A DNA stretch of 64,000 nt from Bugula neritina. Taxonomy: Eukaryota > Animalia > Bryozoa. The position numbers and the translations under genes are program-made. The notes beneath the pieces are model-generated. The model ran no database searches. It was not told the DNA's origin and saw nothing but the letters and a program-made list of their open reading frames with translations. How positions within the stretch are numbered: the stretch's first letter is position 1; each line of letters begins with the position of its first letter. The stretch is from assembly GCA_964035545.1 (NCBI GenBank), contig OZ037768.1:2140741-2204740 (forward strand), read 5' to 3'. Shown here piece after piece: positions 35,637 through 50,820 of the stretch.

Positions 35637-38600
35637 TTAAGCATTTTTAGCCCCCCATCGGTCTTCAAATCTTTTGTTAGATATCTGTTTAACTCTCTCG
35701 CCTTTACGAGTTTTTTCAGATTCTTTAAGAGATTCAAATTCCCCTGCCTTCAACTCTTTGCCAAAAACTTTGAGCTAAAAATCAAAACTGGCATGTGCAA
35801 GGTTACAAACTAAACAATTTAAAACTAGATAACTTCTGTAGTATTTCTATTTATGAGATCCTTGTGGAATAAATTTAGACTTAACATTTACTTCTATGCA
35901 AGTAATGGGTTAACAAACTGTTAACAAAAACAAGAATATTTTCTCAATTGACAACCCATAATTGTACCCAATAAATAACTTCCTTTGCCACAAGACTGAA
36001 TTCAAACTTTTCTATCATGTCTGCATTTGTATAAAGAAACTCAACAATTATGATTGTCTGGCCTTTCGGAAATGCTATTGAGAATATTAGATATATACTA
36101 ACAAAATTTAATTGTTATAATTGATTGCTTTGATCGCAATATAACAACCGTTCTTTATGATGCATCTATCAACGTTACAGTGATAAACTTTTTTACACAA
36201 TTAAAGTAATAGAGAGACAAAAATAACTCAAACTTATAAATCTAATAATTCAGTTCACCAAATATTTACTCCTTTTGCAAGACTTCTGTATAGATATTGT
36301 CTAATTGGTTGATGACTGCAAAACTGATATGAGAGAGTACCTGAGCCTGCCTGTCATCTTCTTCATGCTCTTGTATATACTGCTTAGTGGCGTCTCTCAG
36401 TTTCTCCCCTTCTCTCCCTGCTCCATGGGCAACTAAACAGTTCGACATCTTATCAATAAGATTACTAATAAACTGCTAAGACGAACATCAAATGAAGATA
36501 ACACAATCAGTATTAGGAGAGGAGTTTACTGGATATTAGAATAACTTATTTAAGAGACATTAATTATTACATAGCAATACTCAGTAAGTACAACTATACC
36601 TGAAACTTAAATTAAAAATGTTGTTTTTCATATGAAATATACACATATCATAACTACTATCTCTATATTATGGAAACTTAGTACAACCTGCAATCATATT
36701 GAAAACACATAATAAATATATGATAAAGTGATTAAGAGAGATTTGTCATTTTAAGTTATTTGTGGTGCAAGGATAAAAACCCATTGAATGACTTCCACCA
36801 AATGTTCACTGAAGACTATTTTAGTCTAGTAAAGGTTTTTAGATGTATTCAAGTTTAATAAATTGAGAGTTATAGTGATTTAATACTCTTTGATTACCTA
36901 TTTTAGTGCAGAAACCTTGTTGCTATATGTTGCAATACAATGATCTTTTGCACATTCATGTTCCTAACGGTCCTCTTTTCATAGTAACATTGAATATTCA
37001 TCATAGTGATGCGTGGATGTTGAATATTATTAAAAAGGGAAAGGGTAAAAGGTTAATGTGTGCGCATGTCAAAGGACACAAAGATGGCTACAACTGCAAC
37101 TGAGTCTGGAATTTAAAGTACATGGAAACAGGATGCTTCCTTTATATTCAAAATTATAAAAAACCTAGGTATGCACAATGACACTTACCTTTGCTAGGAT
37201 GTACAATGGCACTTACCTTTCCTAAACTTGTCAGCCACAGCTGACATAACATCCAGTAGAATGCTCGTAGCAGTGGGCACGTTCGTTGCAGGTGCAACTT
37301 CTACAGGAAGTATCGAGTTGCCAGATGTGCGAGATGGTGGAGGTGCAGTGAGTCTAGATAAACCATACGATGATACAACAACCATATGGTGATACAACAA
37401 CCATACAGCGATACAACAACCATATGGTGATACAATAGCCACATGGTGATACAACAACCATACGTTGATGCAATAACTATATGGTGATATAATAACCATA
37501 TAGTGAAACAATAACCATGTATGGTTCAGCAAGTAATTTATTCAAACTGAATAATAAAAATTTCTACTCACTGAAATATTTTAATATTTGTTAAAGTATG
37601 TAACTGAGCAAAGGCATAATGTAATTCAAAGCATAGAAAAACAAAGCAATAGCCTACTGCTGAAAATCAGAGTTTGAAAGCCGCTTTGCCCAAAAGAGAA
37701 AACTTGTAGTATAGTTACAACTGTAGCAGGACGACACAAGTGCATACTATATTATTATATTACCTTTCATATGACTGGACTGAATAACTTCTGTCATTGG
37801 GCTAAAATTATAAATTAATTGTTTTAAATATTAAATATAGGAAATATGGGTGCATAGGCATATATTACAATAGCGCAATAAATGTTATACTTATATTGTG
37901 ATTCCTGCTAAATGTTGAGAAACAAACTACAATAAGAAAAAAATAAAATAGTGAATAAACTATGAATTCTTTTGGGAAATTCTTACTGCAGGTTCTCCTT
38001 TTAATTCTTGGATTTCTTGTCGGAGAGCCTTTAGTTCTTTCTCGTAAGATACATTGTGGGCCTCGTGCCTTCTGCGTTCCTAGTCATTAAATAATACCTT
38101 ATAACAGGTGCCAGTTATATGATATACTACTACATCGCATAAGAGAGTATGTATTACTAGTTAATGTCAACTGTTTCATTATTTCAAAAATCCAACTATT
38201 TGTTTAATTAAAATGTTCTAAAATTTCAACGTATATCTAACCAAAGGACAGGCACATTGTTGCAAATCATATTTATTTTTATTCAATTTAAAGCATATTT
38301 TATTAAATTTCATATCTAAAACTAGTTCAACTCATGTAATAAAACAACCTACCGAACACAAGAATCTATAAAATCATAAACATTAAATTGAATCAAATGG
38401 ATTATGAGCAGATATGGCTTTGTTGCGCCACACTTACCTCCGCCAGTTCTTGTGCTAAAGCATCATCTGGTACACTACCATCTCTAACAGGAAACCTGCA
38501 ATAAGTTTAGCAGTTTGCGAAGCGAGTAAAATAGCAGAATAAAAAGAATTATACATTATATGATACAAATATCAAGTGTATATTAAAAAATTAAAAAACT

Positions 38601-41600
38601 TGTTTTTTTAAAAATAACCTGAAACATACCTTGGCTGCTCTTCTAAGCGAGCTTTTATTTCCTGCTGCTTTCTCAGCTTTAGCAACCTGTATGCATATTG
38701 TGACCATTATTTAACATTATAAAAAGCATAATAAAATACTTATCCATTTTTATAAAAATGTATTGTCATATCAGTAAATGATTGTGAAATTAAAGCGATA
38801 TAAACTTCATTTTATTCATGTGTGTATTGGAGCTCCACTCAAATTTCATATTATAATATATACATCAGAGATGATATACAATACCAGATAATATAAATTA
38901 TATAGTCTTGTATAACATCAAATAGTGTGTATATCATTATATATTATATCATAGTGTATAGAAAAATACAATGACAGATTTATTGATAATGTTGGAAAAG
39001 TGTTTCTAGCAAAAGTCCTTAAAAGAAAAAGTCTCTACTGTTCCCATAGAGATGAAAACTTTGAACAAATGTAAGTATACGATAATATAATATATATAAT
39101 ACAACATGATATATAACACAATAATCACTAACACATAATTTTAATATGACATCACATAACACATTACATTATATATACGATGTATTATAATATAATATGA
39201 TATAACATCTTACTCTTTCATAATTTTCAAAACTTCATGCATACCCTGAGCGCCTGATATACAACTCACCGCTCTCTTTCAGCTTGCCTTGCCTCCCTAG
39301 CTTCCTGTTTCTGCTGGACACTGACCCTTTCCGGTATGATTGCGTTGTTCCAGTGGTTCCACGTCCTTTCTCCCACTAGAAAATGTCACATTGCAATAGC
39401 AGTTCTGGTTAAGTAATACTATAATACTTTAAACTGCTATCTGTAATTTAAATGGCACAGCAAAAAAGTGTTTGTTGAATTGATAAAGTATAAACATATT
39501 CTAGACAAAATAAAATATTGCAAGAGTTAACACAAAACAAGTGTACAAAAATATCTTTCAAAAAAGGATATGAGAAAAGAATTTTTATGGAATTCATTGG
39601 TTAGAAAATGAGGCATTTTTTGTGAGACGGTATAAATAAGAAATGATGATCTAAACAGAAGACCAACGCATTGAGACAAAATAAATATTTCACAGCAAGT
39701 TGACACAGGTATGTAATTGATTATTAAACACGTTGCAAAACATAATGATATACAGGGCAACCAAAGACATTAGGGGCACGTTAGGTGACAATATCATTGG
39801 TCTTGTTTATTTTATTCTGCTAAGAATGTCATAGTTATAGCAGCTGGTCACCATAATAAGGTAAGGATGTTGAAGAGATGACCAAATTGTTATCATTGTT
39901 TTATAACCAGTTCTAAAGTTCACCCTATAAACCATATTTCAGACGATCAATCCCTTTGTTTTGTATGCTACTAAATTTACTTTTTAAAGCAGAAAGGCAG
40001 ACTGACTGACGTGTTTCATAATTTCGTCATCAAAATTCACAAAACTTAAATCCGTAGCTTCAAACAGAGACGAACGACTTTTTGCATGCAATGAAAAGGT
40101 CAATGACAAAACTGGAGCCTGTTTGACATACAATAACCATGAGGTAAACGATGCCAAGGGTGGGACCTGCAATGTTATTTAGCTATTTCTAGCAGCAGCT
40201 AGTTGAGGCAGCACCAAGACTGTGACAGCTGGCATTGTGACCAGATTGTAAAGTCAACAAAAATTGATATGTTGCAATATTTTATGAATTATTGACATAA
40301 GGTATTTGATTGGATCAGTAAACACTATCTAATGTATTAATACACTGACAGACAAGAGAAGAATGCCCTTCCACTCTCCTCAACCAACTTATTACTATCC
40401 AAGATGAAGAATGGATAAAGAAACCACACTGAATATGTTTTTCGATTAATTGCCATTTATAAGGAGAACATAAAGTAACATTGGTCGCAGCTGTAATAAG
40501 TTTTAATTTACTTTTAACATTATTGAAATGTTATTCAGTATGACAGGGTGGAAAGAGGTATAAATAAAATATTATATGATGAAAGTTGGTACTACTTTGT
40601 TATGAGATGGACACGCATTTTATAATTCTCAACCAAATAACGATTAACTTAAAATAAATTAAAATCAATACTTTGTAAATGCTGTGAAAATATTGCACAA
40701 ATTAATTAACCTTAAATACAGATATACATTTTCAACACTTTATATTGTTGAAATAAATAAGAAAACTTGCAATCAATATAAAATATTGTGACAAGGATAA
40801 TAATGACTGTGTAAAATTAAAAGATACCTTTTGTTGGGTCTATAGTGGCTATAGCTGCTTTGTCATCCTGATTTAACTCGGCGTGCAAAACGTTCATGTG
40901 TAACGCTTTCATCTACAGATGCAAAACGTGCTCACAACTCAAACACGTGCTCACAAATAAAACACGTGATTAGAAGTAAAACAATACTCCATAGAGATGC
41001 ACAATTTTATAAGTTAAGGATAGAAATATTTTTAATCATAATTATTGATTTTTGAATGTCAACAAAAATCTCAAAGTTAGCAAAATGCGATCTGATTTCA
41101 AAATATTTGGCTTTTGTTCATATGAACATAGCATAGAGCAGGTTACATAAACACAACCTGAACTGCGTTGCTTAAAGTTAAATTTAACTTGATTTACAGT
41201 GAAGTAGCATTGTTAAAGACTGGATGGCTACATGAACCTGGGAAAACATAGCTGCCATGCGTGAGAGAGGATGCCGGAGATATGATGTAACCAGGCAGCA
41301 TAGATATTGGTTGTTGGAGTATTTAAACTGTAAGCATGGAAGTATGTGTCACTACTGAATATAAGGGCTACCAGTTTTAGTATAAACAATAACATGCTGG
41401 CCGAGTTTACTTAAAACAACAATAGTGGGAGTCTTCAGGCAACACGGTAGCCTTGGCTCCATGCTACTCGTTAACTTATGTTTGAGTCATCTAAAGAAAC
41501 AGACTACTTTCCTCTTAAACATCTTCTCTTGGAACTGCTACTAGTTCCATTAAACAGTCCAATTATAGTAACTGGGCAAATGTGATAAACACAAGTCTTA

Positions 41601-44600
41601 GTGCAAGCTGACCCACAACTATGACAATCTAAATAACTGACTAGTTTAGCTGCTCAGTGTGAGAATATAAGAAACATTTACTGAAGAAGAGCTAGCCAGC
41701 AGAATTACATAACAAACATCTAGAAAAACCAGCAACTAACTTCAAATCGGAATAAAAAATGTGATGATGCATTTTATAAAAGCTTCAGAATGATTTGCTT
41801 TATTCACACTTTCCTTGTCAAATTTTCTATTATATTAAAAATTAAACAAACGACAATGTTATGCATTGAAAAAATCACACTTTATAAAAGCAGAAATGTG
41901 ATTCCTTGATAACTGTTATGAATTACATATATTATTTACATTTATAAACTTTCAAATGATTTTCATCTGCGTCTAAACATTCAACTAAACTAATATAAAC
42001 ATTTTGATAGTAATAATAACTTAAAATAAATACCTTTGCTTGAACTAGTCTTATGTTGACTTTACAAAGCTCCCTTTGCACAGTAGAAATTAGGTCTGGA
42101 ATCTAAAGCAATGTAAACATTTGACAACATAAACAGCATAACGTCATCAAACAACTTTCTATTTATATATCAAACTTATGTAACTATACATATGTAGTCA
42201 TTTCGTCATCCTGATTTAGCAGTGTATAAATAAAATGGATTTGGGTGTAGTAGTGGAGAAATTTTAAAAGCCTAAATTCTTGGATTTTCTTTATAGATTT
42301 TGGTTCAAGGTACGGGTCCAAATTCTCCTTTGCTACATTTTGCATCTAGAACACAGGCTTTTCCCAATTTTTTTCACCTACCTCCAATAAATGCAGAAAT
42401 GTTTAATTTTTTAGCAGTTGGAAATTATTGTTTTCCCCCATGTTTCTATAAGTCTAATGCATAGTAATGCACCCAGATTAACAAACAACAATAAAACAGT
42501 TCCACTTTCACGTTTCTACAAGCTTTTAGGATCAACTTACATTTTCACATCGGAGAATGTCGTCTGCAAGAAGAATAAAAAGAGTCGCAGTGAATGCAGG
42601 AAGTAGAAACATGTGATAGCCGGCCACATCCAGACCAATAATATACTGATCCCAGATGTACATCAGAGTGTCTTTGTTTAGGAAACCTGAAATATGCAGC
42701 ATAAACACTCAGTTCTAGTGCGGAGAAGAGACAACAGATTATTATTTACAATAGCGTGTCATAGCCTGACATTGTCAACATTCTGTACTGAGACAAACTT
42801 CTCTCTCAAGTCACTCACACACTATCTTATCTATAGAATTGGGAGAATGCTGCATCACCTTCTCACCCACATAAGTCAAATAAACATTTTAACTTTTTCT
42901 CTCCAGTTTTAAAACAGTAATATTTTTGAACTATATATTTCAGAAGTAAAATAAAATGTGAAACATCTAAAACCATTATCTTTGCTTTTAACTTTAAGTG
43001 GGAACTTAATTTTGAACATATTTTGTTATATGAAAGGTCAATTATTATGTACACAAATTTAAAATTAATGAAGGATACATTTCAACTGCAAAGCATAGGT
43101 CAAACTGTAAGTACATAGACTGTAAGTACATAGACTGTAAGTACATAGACTGTAAGTGAATAGACTGTAAGTACATAGACTGCATGCAAGTATGTGCTAG
43201 TAAATTAAAAAGCAGCTAATACTGTAAGTATATACACTGACATACCACTAATTGCATAAGGAAATGTACGTAAAAATAGAAAAACTTGAGTAATTGCAAC
43301 TTATAATAAAATACTTTCTAAAATATTACGAAATAACAGAAATGTTAAGAGGTGTATATATCATACCAACAAACATGGACATAATCAAAGGAGAGACAAC
43401 TTCCACTAAGACTTCTGACAGCATCGGCACAAGCACAGCGCGATCGACAGCTCCCTGTCCTGTTGAAAATATTATATTCTATAAATACTCCAAGTAATAA
43501 AACTGTATTTAAGATGATTTGTAAGAGTAAAACCCATTGTGATTATTAATTATTGAATAATCTGGAGAAATTTATAACATATATGCACTAAAATAACAAT
43601 GTACAATAACACAGTATTGTACACTAACATAGTATTGTGCACTAACACAGTATTGTGCACTAACACAGTATTGTGCACTAACATAGTATTGTACACTAAG
43701 ACAGTATTGTACAATAACACAGTATTGTACAATAACACAGTATTGTACAATAATACAGCAATGTGAAATAATACTAGACTATTGCTAACCATAATTCTAC
43801 AGTTCAGTACAATTTTCAATTAAAACTTTACGATAAACACAATAGCAGACTGCTCATACAAAAATCGCTTTCAGTACCATAATCATATATGAGCGGACAA
43901 CTCCTAAACTATTTAAGCACATGCATAACTCTTGCACCCCATATTACAGGTAACACATTAACAGAGAAAGTTATCAAGTGTGCTGTGATACTAGTGTGTA
44001 TATAAGCAATATACAATGCATCCCTCAATACTCAATAATCATTACGCAATAATCAATACTCAATAATCATTGCTCAATAATCAATACGCAATAGCTAATA
44101 CTCAATAATCACTGTTTAATAATCAATACACAATAACTAATACTCAATACTCAATGCATAATGCCTAAAATCTGCTACAATTTGAATAAAGTAGCCTAAG
44201 TTCTATACAACCAAACATACAAAGTGTCTCTTACGTTGACCAGTTTGGGAAAGACAGGCTATGAAGGTAGCCAGGTTTCCTTGGTTACCCTTTTCATAGG
44301 CTGCTAAGTGCTCCGCCACTTTGTCTGAGAAAGACTTCAGCTCTGTCCTGTGTTCCTGCAGCAAACAGTATGTCAGTATAAAAATCTTGCTGACACTTCC
44401 ATGTGTGTGCTTGCTGACTATTGGAGTTATTCTTAGTAATTATGTGAAGGTAATAGTTGCATGTGCAATATTGGAGCTGAGAATAGTGAGAAGGATAGAA
44501 TATGTGTATAAAAAAATAATGAGGAGAAAAAATAAAATGTTGAGACTTGGAATATTAAAAATAGAAAGTAGGAAAATGCAGGCGAAAAAATTTAGTGGAA

Positions 44601-47600
44601 CAAGTCAAGTCTTTGGCTTTAATTATAACAAATATTCCAGATGCCGAACAAACTCAGTGAAGTAGCTTCGACCTCACCTGTCAGCAGAAACTGATGTTCA
44701 GCAAAGAATATTTACTTATACTTAAATTAGTAGCTACATCATGCTCCAACTTTAAATTATATATTTATTAATTATTATAGAGTTATACTATTTAAAAATA
44801 CTAGTCAACAAATAGATTATCATACAATGCATAATTCATCTTTAATGACCCAAAACTAGAACACCTACATTCTTTATGTCGCAGACGTATTTAGGCCGGT
44901 CTCTAATAAAGGTGAGATACATCTCTACTAATATCATAACAACATTGTTGGCAGCTGGTTTTGTTCTGAAATACAAACAATCTTCAAATTATACCAACTT
45001 AAAACCATTCCACGTATGAAAACTTGCAGTAGAACTTATACTTTAAAGCCAAATAAAATAATTATAATGCTACCATAAAACTTATCCAGCAGTAAATAAA
45101 ATAAGCTGTGCCAATATTCAAATAATATGGAGGACGTCTGGGAAGTTTCTAGAACGAAGCATCTTACTTGCTGATGTGTGGAGAAAGAGTATGAAGCATT
45201 GGAAGGATAAGTAAATAATATACATGATGCAGTTCTTCAGTGTCTTTTTGCTGAGCGTGAAAATATGAAAGTACAGCTTTCATTGCAAAGAAAGAACCTG
45301 TTGAAAGCAAACACATTGTAAAAGAAAAGCACAACAACTGCATATAAAATCAAAATAAACACAAAAAATCAGAACTTATACTGAGTTAACAAAAACATGC
45401 TACATCCAGCAACAAATGTACAACATGTAACAAGAAGTGTACAACATGTAACAACAGCAGGCAAAAGTTAAACCCACAAACGCAAAAATATTTCAAAGTA
45501 CCATGTGAAGCATTTTTTGCGTAGACCTGAAATCAGTTACAATGGAGAAGGTAATAGCCTATAGTTGTACATAAACAATTAGCTAAAAAAATTATCCTTA
45601 GCATTGTATATTATACTCAAAAATAAAATGTTTAAAAGCAGCTCAGCTGCTTGAATGGGGCAAGCAACTCTGAAAAATTTAATTTATTTCTATTTGCTCA
45701 TCATCGTAACCAAGTGCATTTATCAGAACCCTGAATGAGAAGCAGAAGACTGTTTGCAGTAAAACATACCAACTGTTGGCGGGCCAATGTCAGGAAAAGT
45801 GTTTTGAATTCTCAGCATGTTTTCACACGTCTGACTGATCAGCTGATCTTGGTCTGAGATGGCCTTCTTAGGTTCCTTCATCAGCTTCTCCACGTAGTCC
45901 TTTCTTGCTAAATATAGCATAGAGCACATTGATATTTTAGTAAATAGATATTATTAGTTTGCAGCAGAGTCTATGTTCAGTACTAAAATATCTACAGCAC
46001 AACAAGGTACTTAAATATGACAAATCTATTTAAAAATTAAACTTAAATAGACACAGTTTTGTAAATATACATAGACTTATAAAGATACACAATACAAACT
46101 AACTACTATGCAGTATGTATAATTCATGCAATGAAATTTATATGCAGCAGAGAATAATTTAAACTGCTAAAAAGCTCATTGTCCTTCACATAGCAGAAAA
46201 AAACTTATTATGTAGCCAAAGCCAAACTAAAGCTTACTGTAGCAATTCTATCATATTCTGTAGATTATAACGTCCAGACAATAGGTCTATTCACATTTAT
46301 CATACAACATGGAAAACAATTGAGTTAAAATATCTCTTTCAGAAAATACATACCTCTTGGGTCTGACATGAATAAAGTCCATGCATTAGTTCTCAACTTG
46401 GTGGGTATAGGAATGTTAAGACACATGTGAAACTTCACTTTCATTTCAGGCCATCTCTTTAGTATAGAAACTACTCCATCTTTGAGGTGCTCGTTAATAA
46501 GTTCTGGCTTGGCTACACCTACTGCACTGCTGTCACTTAACATCTCTTTAGCCACTGTGTTGTTGACTTGCTGGTCCAGCAAATGTGATGTAGCATTGTA
46601 CAGTTGTTCATAGTTGCTTCCTGCAAAAAACGTTCTATCTCACTTTGCTACTTGCAGAAATGTTGCTCCTTGCATCTATTTTATTAAATATATTAAACTT
46701 AAAAAGAGCATTGAAGTCATTGAAATATATAATAAAAGCACCACTTGTTTTGCACAGTATCAAAGCACATTGTCTTTTATTTTACAATATAAGTTTGTTT
46801 GACAAAGTCGGAGAGAGTGAAATGTAAAGATTTATCATAACTGAATAAAAAAGAGTTGACGAATAAGTAGAAACATAGCAAGCCTAAACAAAAATAATCT
46901 ATAGTTCAACCCAGTGAATGGGGGGAGGGGGTGCAATTTACATTGAATAACATTGATTTCTAGGCATACATGAGACAATTACTATGTTTTAAATAAAATC
47001 TAAAAATAGGATGAAGTATATTATGTGCCACCTGTTTGCAAACTTCTAGATGCTCTGTCCACAAACAAAATCCTTTCAGCTGGGGCTAAATCTGCGAAAC
47101 TGGGTATATGATTCTCTTTTAAATGTTGATCTACCGCCCCTTGTAGAGCACCAATAAAGTTTTTCCATTCCTATGATAAAAGAAGTCATTGATGCTAAAT
47201 TATATGAATAGTTCTTATTCAAAAAATAATTTCATAAACAAATATTTATATTTTTCTTGTTAGTGCACGATCAATAATGATAGGTTTTTTAAATATTATC
47301 TCTTGAGTGAGTTTGAAAATGATTGATTGAATGCAGATTTATTTCATCAAAATGCAGTAAAAAGTTCAATTTCTCAATATCTGTTCAACAAAAACTATTT
47401 ACAACTTGTTGATTCATAATACTTTAAAATAAACAAGTTAATTTGTTTATATAGAAAAACTTTAGAGTCTCAGTCTGGCTTTTCGTATTCGACTTCTCAT
47501 TGAGATTTCAATTTTAGCTTTTAGAAGTAACAATGGCAAACTATAACAAAAAATCTTTGTCAAACTTTCGATATATTCAAATTATCAAACAAGCGAAACT

Positions 47601-47692
47601 TTAATTTTGTAGAATAATTAAATCACCTTTGCCTTTCCAACGGTCTTTTTAGTTTCTATTAGCCACTTCGGATATGCTTCTTTTCCCTCCAT
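35637..47692 (-). CDS. Multi-exon uncharacterised protein with TBC/Rab-GAP-like helical motifs and a C-terminal coiled coil
   Basis: Phase-compatible GT-AG exons run from MEGKEAYPKWLIETKK (47692) to ...RWGAKNA* (35637). They include IPIPTKLRTNAW, AMKAVLSYF, MFVGFLNKDTLMYIWDQYIIG and charged helical exons. Not every internal exon was verified. Confidence 0.7.
37352..37520. repeat. 20-bp minisatellite (ACCATATGGTGATACAACA-like)
   Basis: About 8 degenerate copies next to an acceptor. Confidence 0.85.
43105..43182. repeat. 16-bp tandem repeat (ACTGTAAGTACATAG-like)
   Basis: About 5 copies. Confidence 0.85.
43600..43760. repeat. 18-bp minisatellite (TAACACAGTATTGTACAC-like)
   Basis: About 9 copies; explains the spurious ORF 43550-43819. 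Confidence 0.9.
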
Positions 47693-48472
47693 GTTGTTTA
47701 TTAGCAACACAGGTCAATTGGCTGATATTTAACTCCGCCTTAAATTAAATTCGTGTGCGCGTTTTTGCATAAGAGAATAACTCCTGTATCTACACTAATT
47801 TTACCACCAAGAAAATAATATGTTTCTAATATTAGAGATTAGACAAACCTACAGATTAATATTATTATATTTGCTTAAAGTAAACAAAAGCACTAGGTTT
47901 GGTCAATATAATATTATGCATCAGCGCGTGAGATGTAAAACATAAAACCTAATGTTAGCGACCAGCATAATAGCTAATGGGCTTTCGTAGTATGAGATAT
48001 TGAATTGCCTTCTCAACAGCTACTAGCATTTAAGTTTGAAAGTCAGTGACTAGTACAATCAATTGGTTCTCTTCTTTAAAAACATTGTTTAGGAATTCAA
48101 CTCAATTTTTTCAAAGCAAAACACTTGTTCTTAAGCTACAATAACATTATGAGTGTGGTATTATTTTTTTAATGGAACAATCTATCTTGCACTATTTTAC
48201 TATTTTATTTTGACAAAATATATATGCATAATTTACATATATATGAGTTTTTGTATTGCTACAAAGCGTGCATCTAAGTATATCAGTATTCAAGTTGCAC
48301 TTGGTAAAACTCAACAATTCTCAAAAAACATTACATGAAGCATAGTGATGACATATTCAAGTTCTATAACTTTAGAGGTGAGATTATAGAGTATAGGCAT
48401 CAGGATAACAGCTAAAAGTTCACTTTGTACAGGGTGGCAATGTTGACCAAAAAACTTGAGCAATTTACAAAT

Positions 48473-49945
48473 TTAGTTTTCATTGTCGCCAGATGCTTCC
48501 TTCTTCACACTGTATGGTGTGTCAACAACGATCTCGCCGCAATCTGTGATAACAACATCCTTGCTGGGTCTGTCTTGGGAACCAGTCTTAGTGTTTTCAA
48601 TTCTCCTTACGACTTTCTATATGAAAAAATAATGGAGATGCATAAAGTGATGTTTAGACAGAAAACCAATGTTTACAGCATTTAACAGAATGCTAGCATT
48701 GTTATATATGGTCTATTGCGTCTGTTGTTAGTTAGTTAGTGACATCAGTTCAAGATCAGAGCAAATGGAGAAATAAGTTACAATAGGTGTTGAAAATTAC
48801 AATACAACAACTTCAACCCCAACACAATGATTTGAAATGACTCACCATTCCTTTCACGACCTTGCCAAAGACAACGTGTCGTCCATCCAGCCATGGGGTC
48901 TTGACTGTGGTGATGAAGAACTGAGATCCATTGGTATCCTTACCAGCGTTGGCCATAGACAACCAGCCAGCGCCATAGTGGCTTAGCTTGAAGTTCTCAT
49001 CAGCAAATTTATCCCCATAGATGCTCTTTCCTGCAAGTGACAGAGGAGTAGAATTGGGTTGAATTATGCAACTATTTTAGCCGTTTCATTATTTAAAGTT
49101 CAACAATTGTCATGCAAAAGAACATGAGCCTACCTACAAGAAATACTTGTGCGTTTACTATATACCATATATAAACCATAATATAATATTTAAATTGTTA
49201 AATAACTAAATTTCAAACCTCCAGTTCCATCGCCACGTGTGAAATCTCCTCCCTGAATCATGAAGTCTTTGATTACTCGATGAAACTTGCTGCCTTTGTA
49301 ACCGAAGCCTTTAGCTCCAGTAGCCAAAGCAACAAAGTTATCAACTGTTTTTGGCACAGAGCCACCAAATAAACCGATTTCTATTCTTCCCATTGGCTCA
49401 CCTCCGATGCTTATATCAAAAAATACCTAAAAATATAACAGGATAAATTATAAAATAAATTAATACCTGGAATACTAAGAAATAAATACAGACATCATGT
49501 AGCTCAATTGTTATTGTAGTGCCATAAACATAGAGTATGTGCTAAGGGATTAGGAAAGTTACTGATGCTAGTATAACTTATACTTATACTTATAGTTATT
49601 ATTGTTAATACTATTATTGAATTCAAATTGATTTAAATTTTTCACATATTTAAAAACTAGATCCCTATGCACATAACTTGAAATGGTTAATTTGAATTTA
49701 CTTTCAGTTTTACCTATATGTTCAAGTAAAATATAAAAATTTGTATTTTATTTTCAATCTAAATTTATTTCTTTATTTAGTATATACTACAAGTACAAGC
49801 ACACACACTACACTGTACATCTAGTTCTACATGGCTTTACCTGCTTAGTAACTTTAGGACCATCTCCTGCAGCTGCTTCAGATTTCCTGAAGACTGTAAA
49901 AAATAAAACCGTCACAAGCACCAAAAGAAATACTGCGTACTTCAT
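48473..49945 (-). CDS. PPIB: Peptidyl-prolyl cis-trans isomerase B (cyclophilin B), 4 coding exons
   Basis: Signal peptide [16 protein letters not shown], then [68 protein letters not shown] and [12 protein letters not shown]. An in-frame upstream ATG at 49975 is possible. Confidence 0.96.
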
Positions 49946-50589
49946 ATTTCTCCAAGAAAGTTGTAAGACAGGCATAAACGTAACTCTGAATAATGAAAAG
50001 AAGTGATGAATGAATGAAACAATGTATTTTTTGTCTCCGTGGACCTCGATGATTGGCTTATTTTGAACAGGATATACCCAAATCAAAGATGTGGCTATAG
50101 TTATTTACATACTGGAGTTGTCTAACCTAGACCGGATGGCCCTAGTCCCCAAGTTCTTGTTATAGAGTTACGTTCTCTTAAAATTAGCAGTATACAATAG
50201 TTGTCTGATATTGTAAATACGTAACTTTTTCTGATGATACACAGTTGATCTCTAGCCAAAGTTAAAAATTATCATGAATGTTAAACTTGCATTTGTGATA
50301 GTTATATTGAAAAGTCCTTAAAAGAATCAGGTGAACCCGACGATTTTTCGTTTATTTCAGTAGTAGGAGAACAGGCAACGCAATTATTTTGGAAACACTA
50401 CATGTAGTTCATTTATTCATAATTTTATAATAATATTGTATCACAAAACTGCGATTACTGAAATAGTGTTACAATAGCAGTGAATTTGATACTACCAATA
50501 TTGCTATTAAATGCTAAAAGTAAAGGTAATGCCAATGCCATTCGGCATTTGGGCTCATATTTATAGTACATAATAGCTGTAGTCGATTA

Positions 50590-50820
50590 CGATTAGTATT
50601 ACTATTACTATTAGTATTAGTATTACTATTACTATTAGTATTAGTATTACTATTACTGTATTACTATTAGTATTAGTATTAGTACTAGTAGTAGTATTAG
50701 TATTACTATAACTAAAACTTATGAGTATAACTATAAGTATAAGTATAACTGTAAACTATTAGTATTAGTATAAGTATTACTATTACTATTAGTATTACTA
50801 ATACAGGCATGAGTATGATT
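50590..50820. repeat. Low-complexity (TATTAG/TATTAC)n tract
   Basis: Seen directly, between the divergent PPIB and ARRDC genes. Confidence 0.85.

Noticed and set aside
41190-41330. Possible extra exon of the TBC-like gene
   Set aside because: The flanking exons (ending VQAK and starting MKALH) already join in phase, and there is no independent support.
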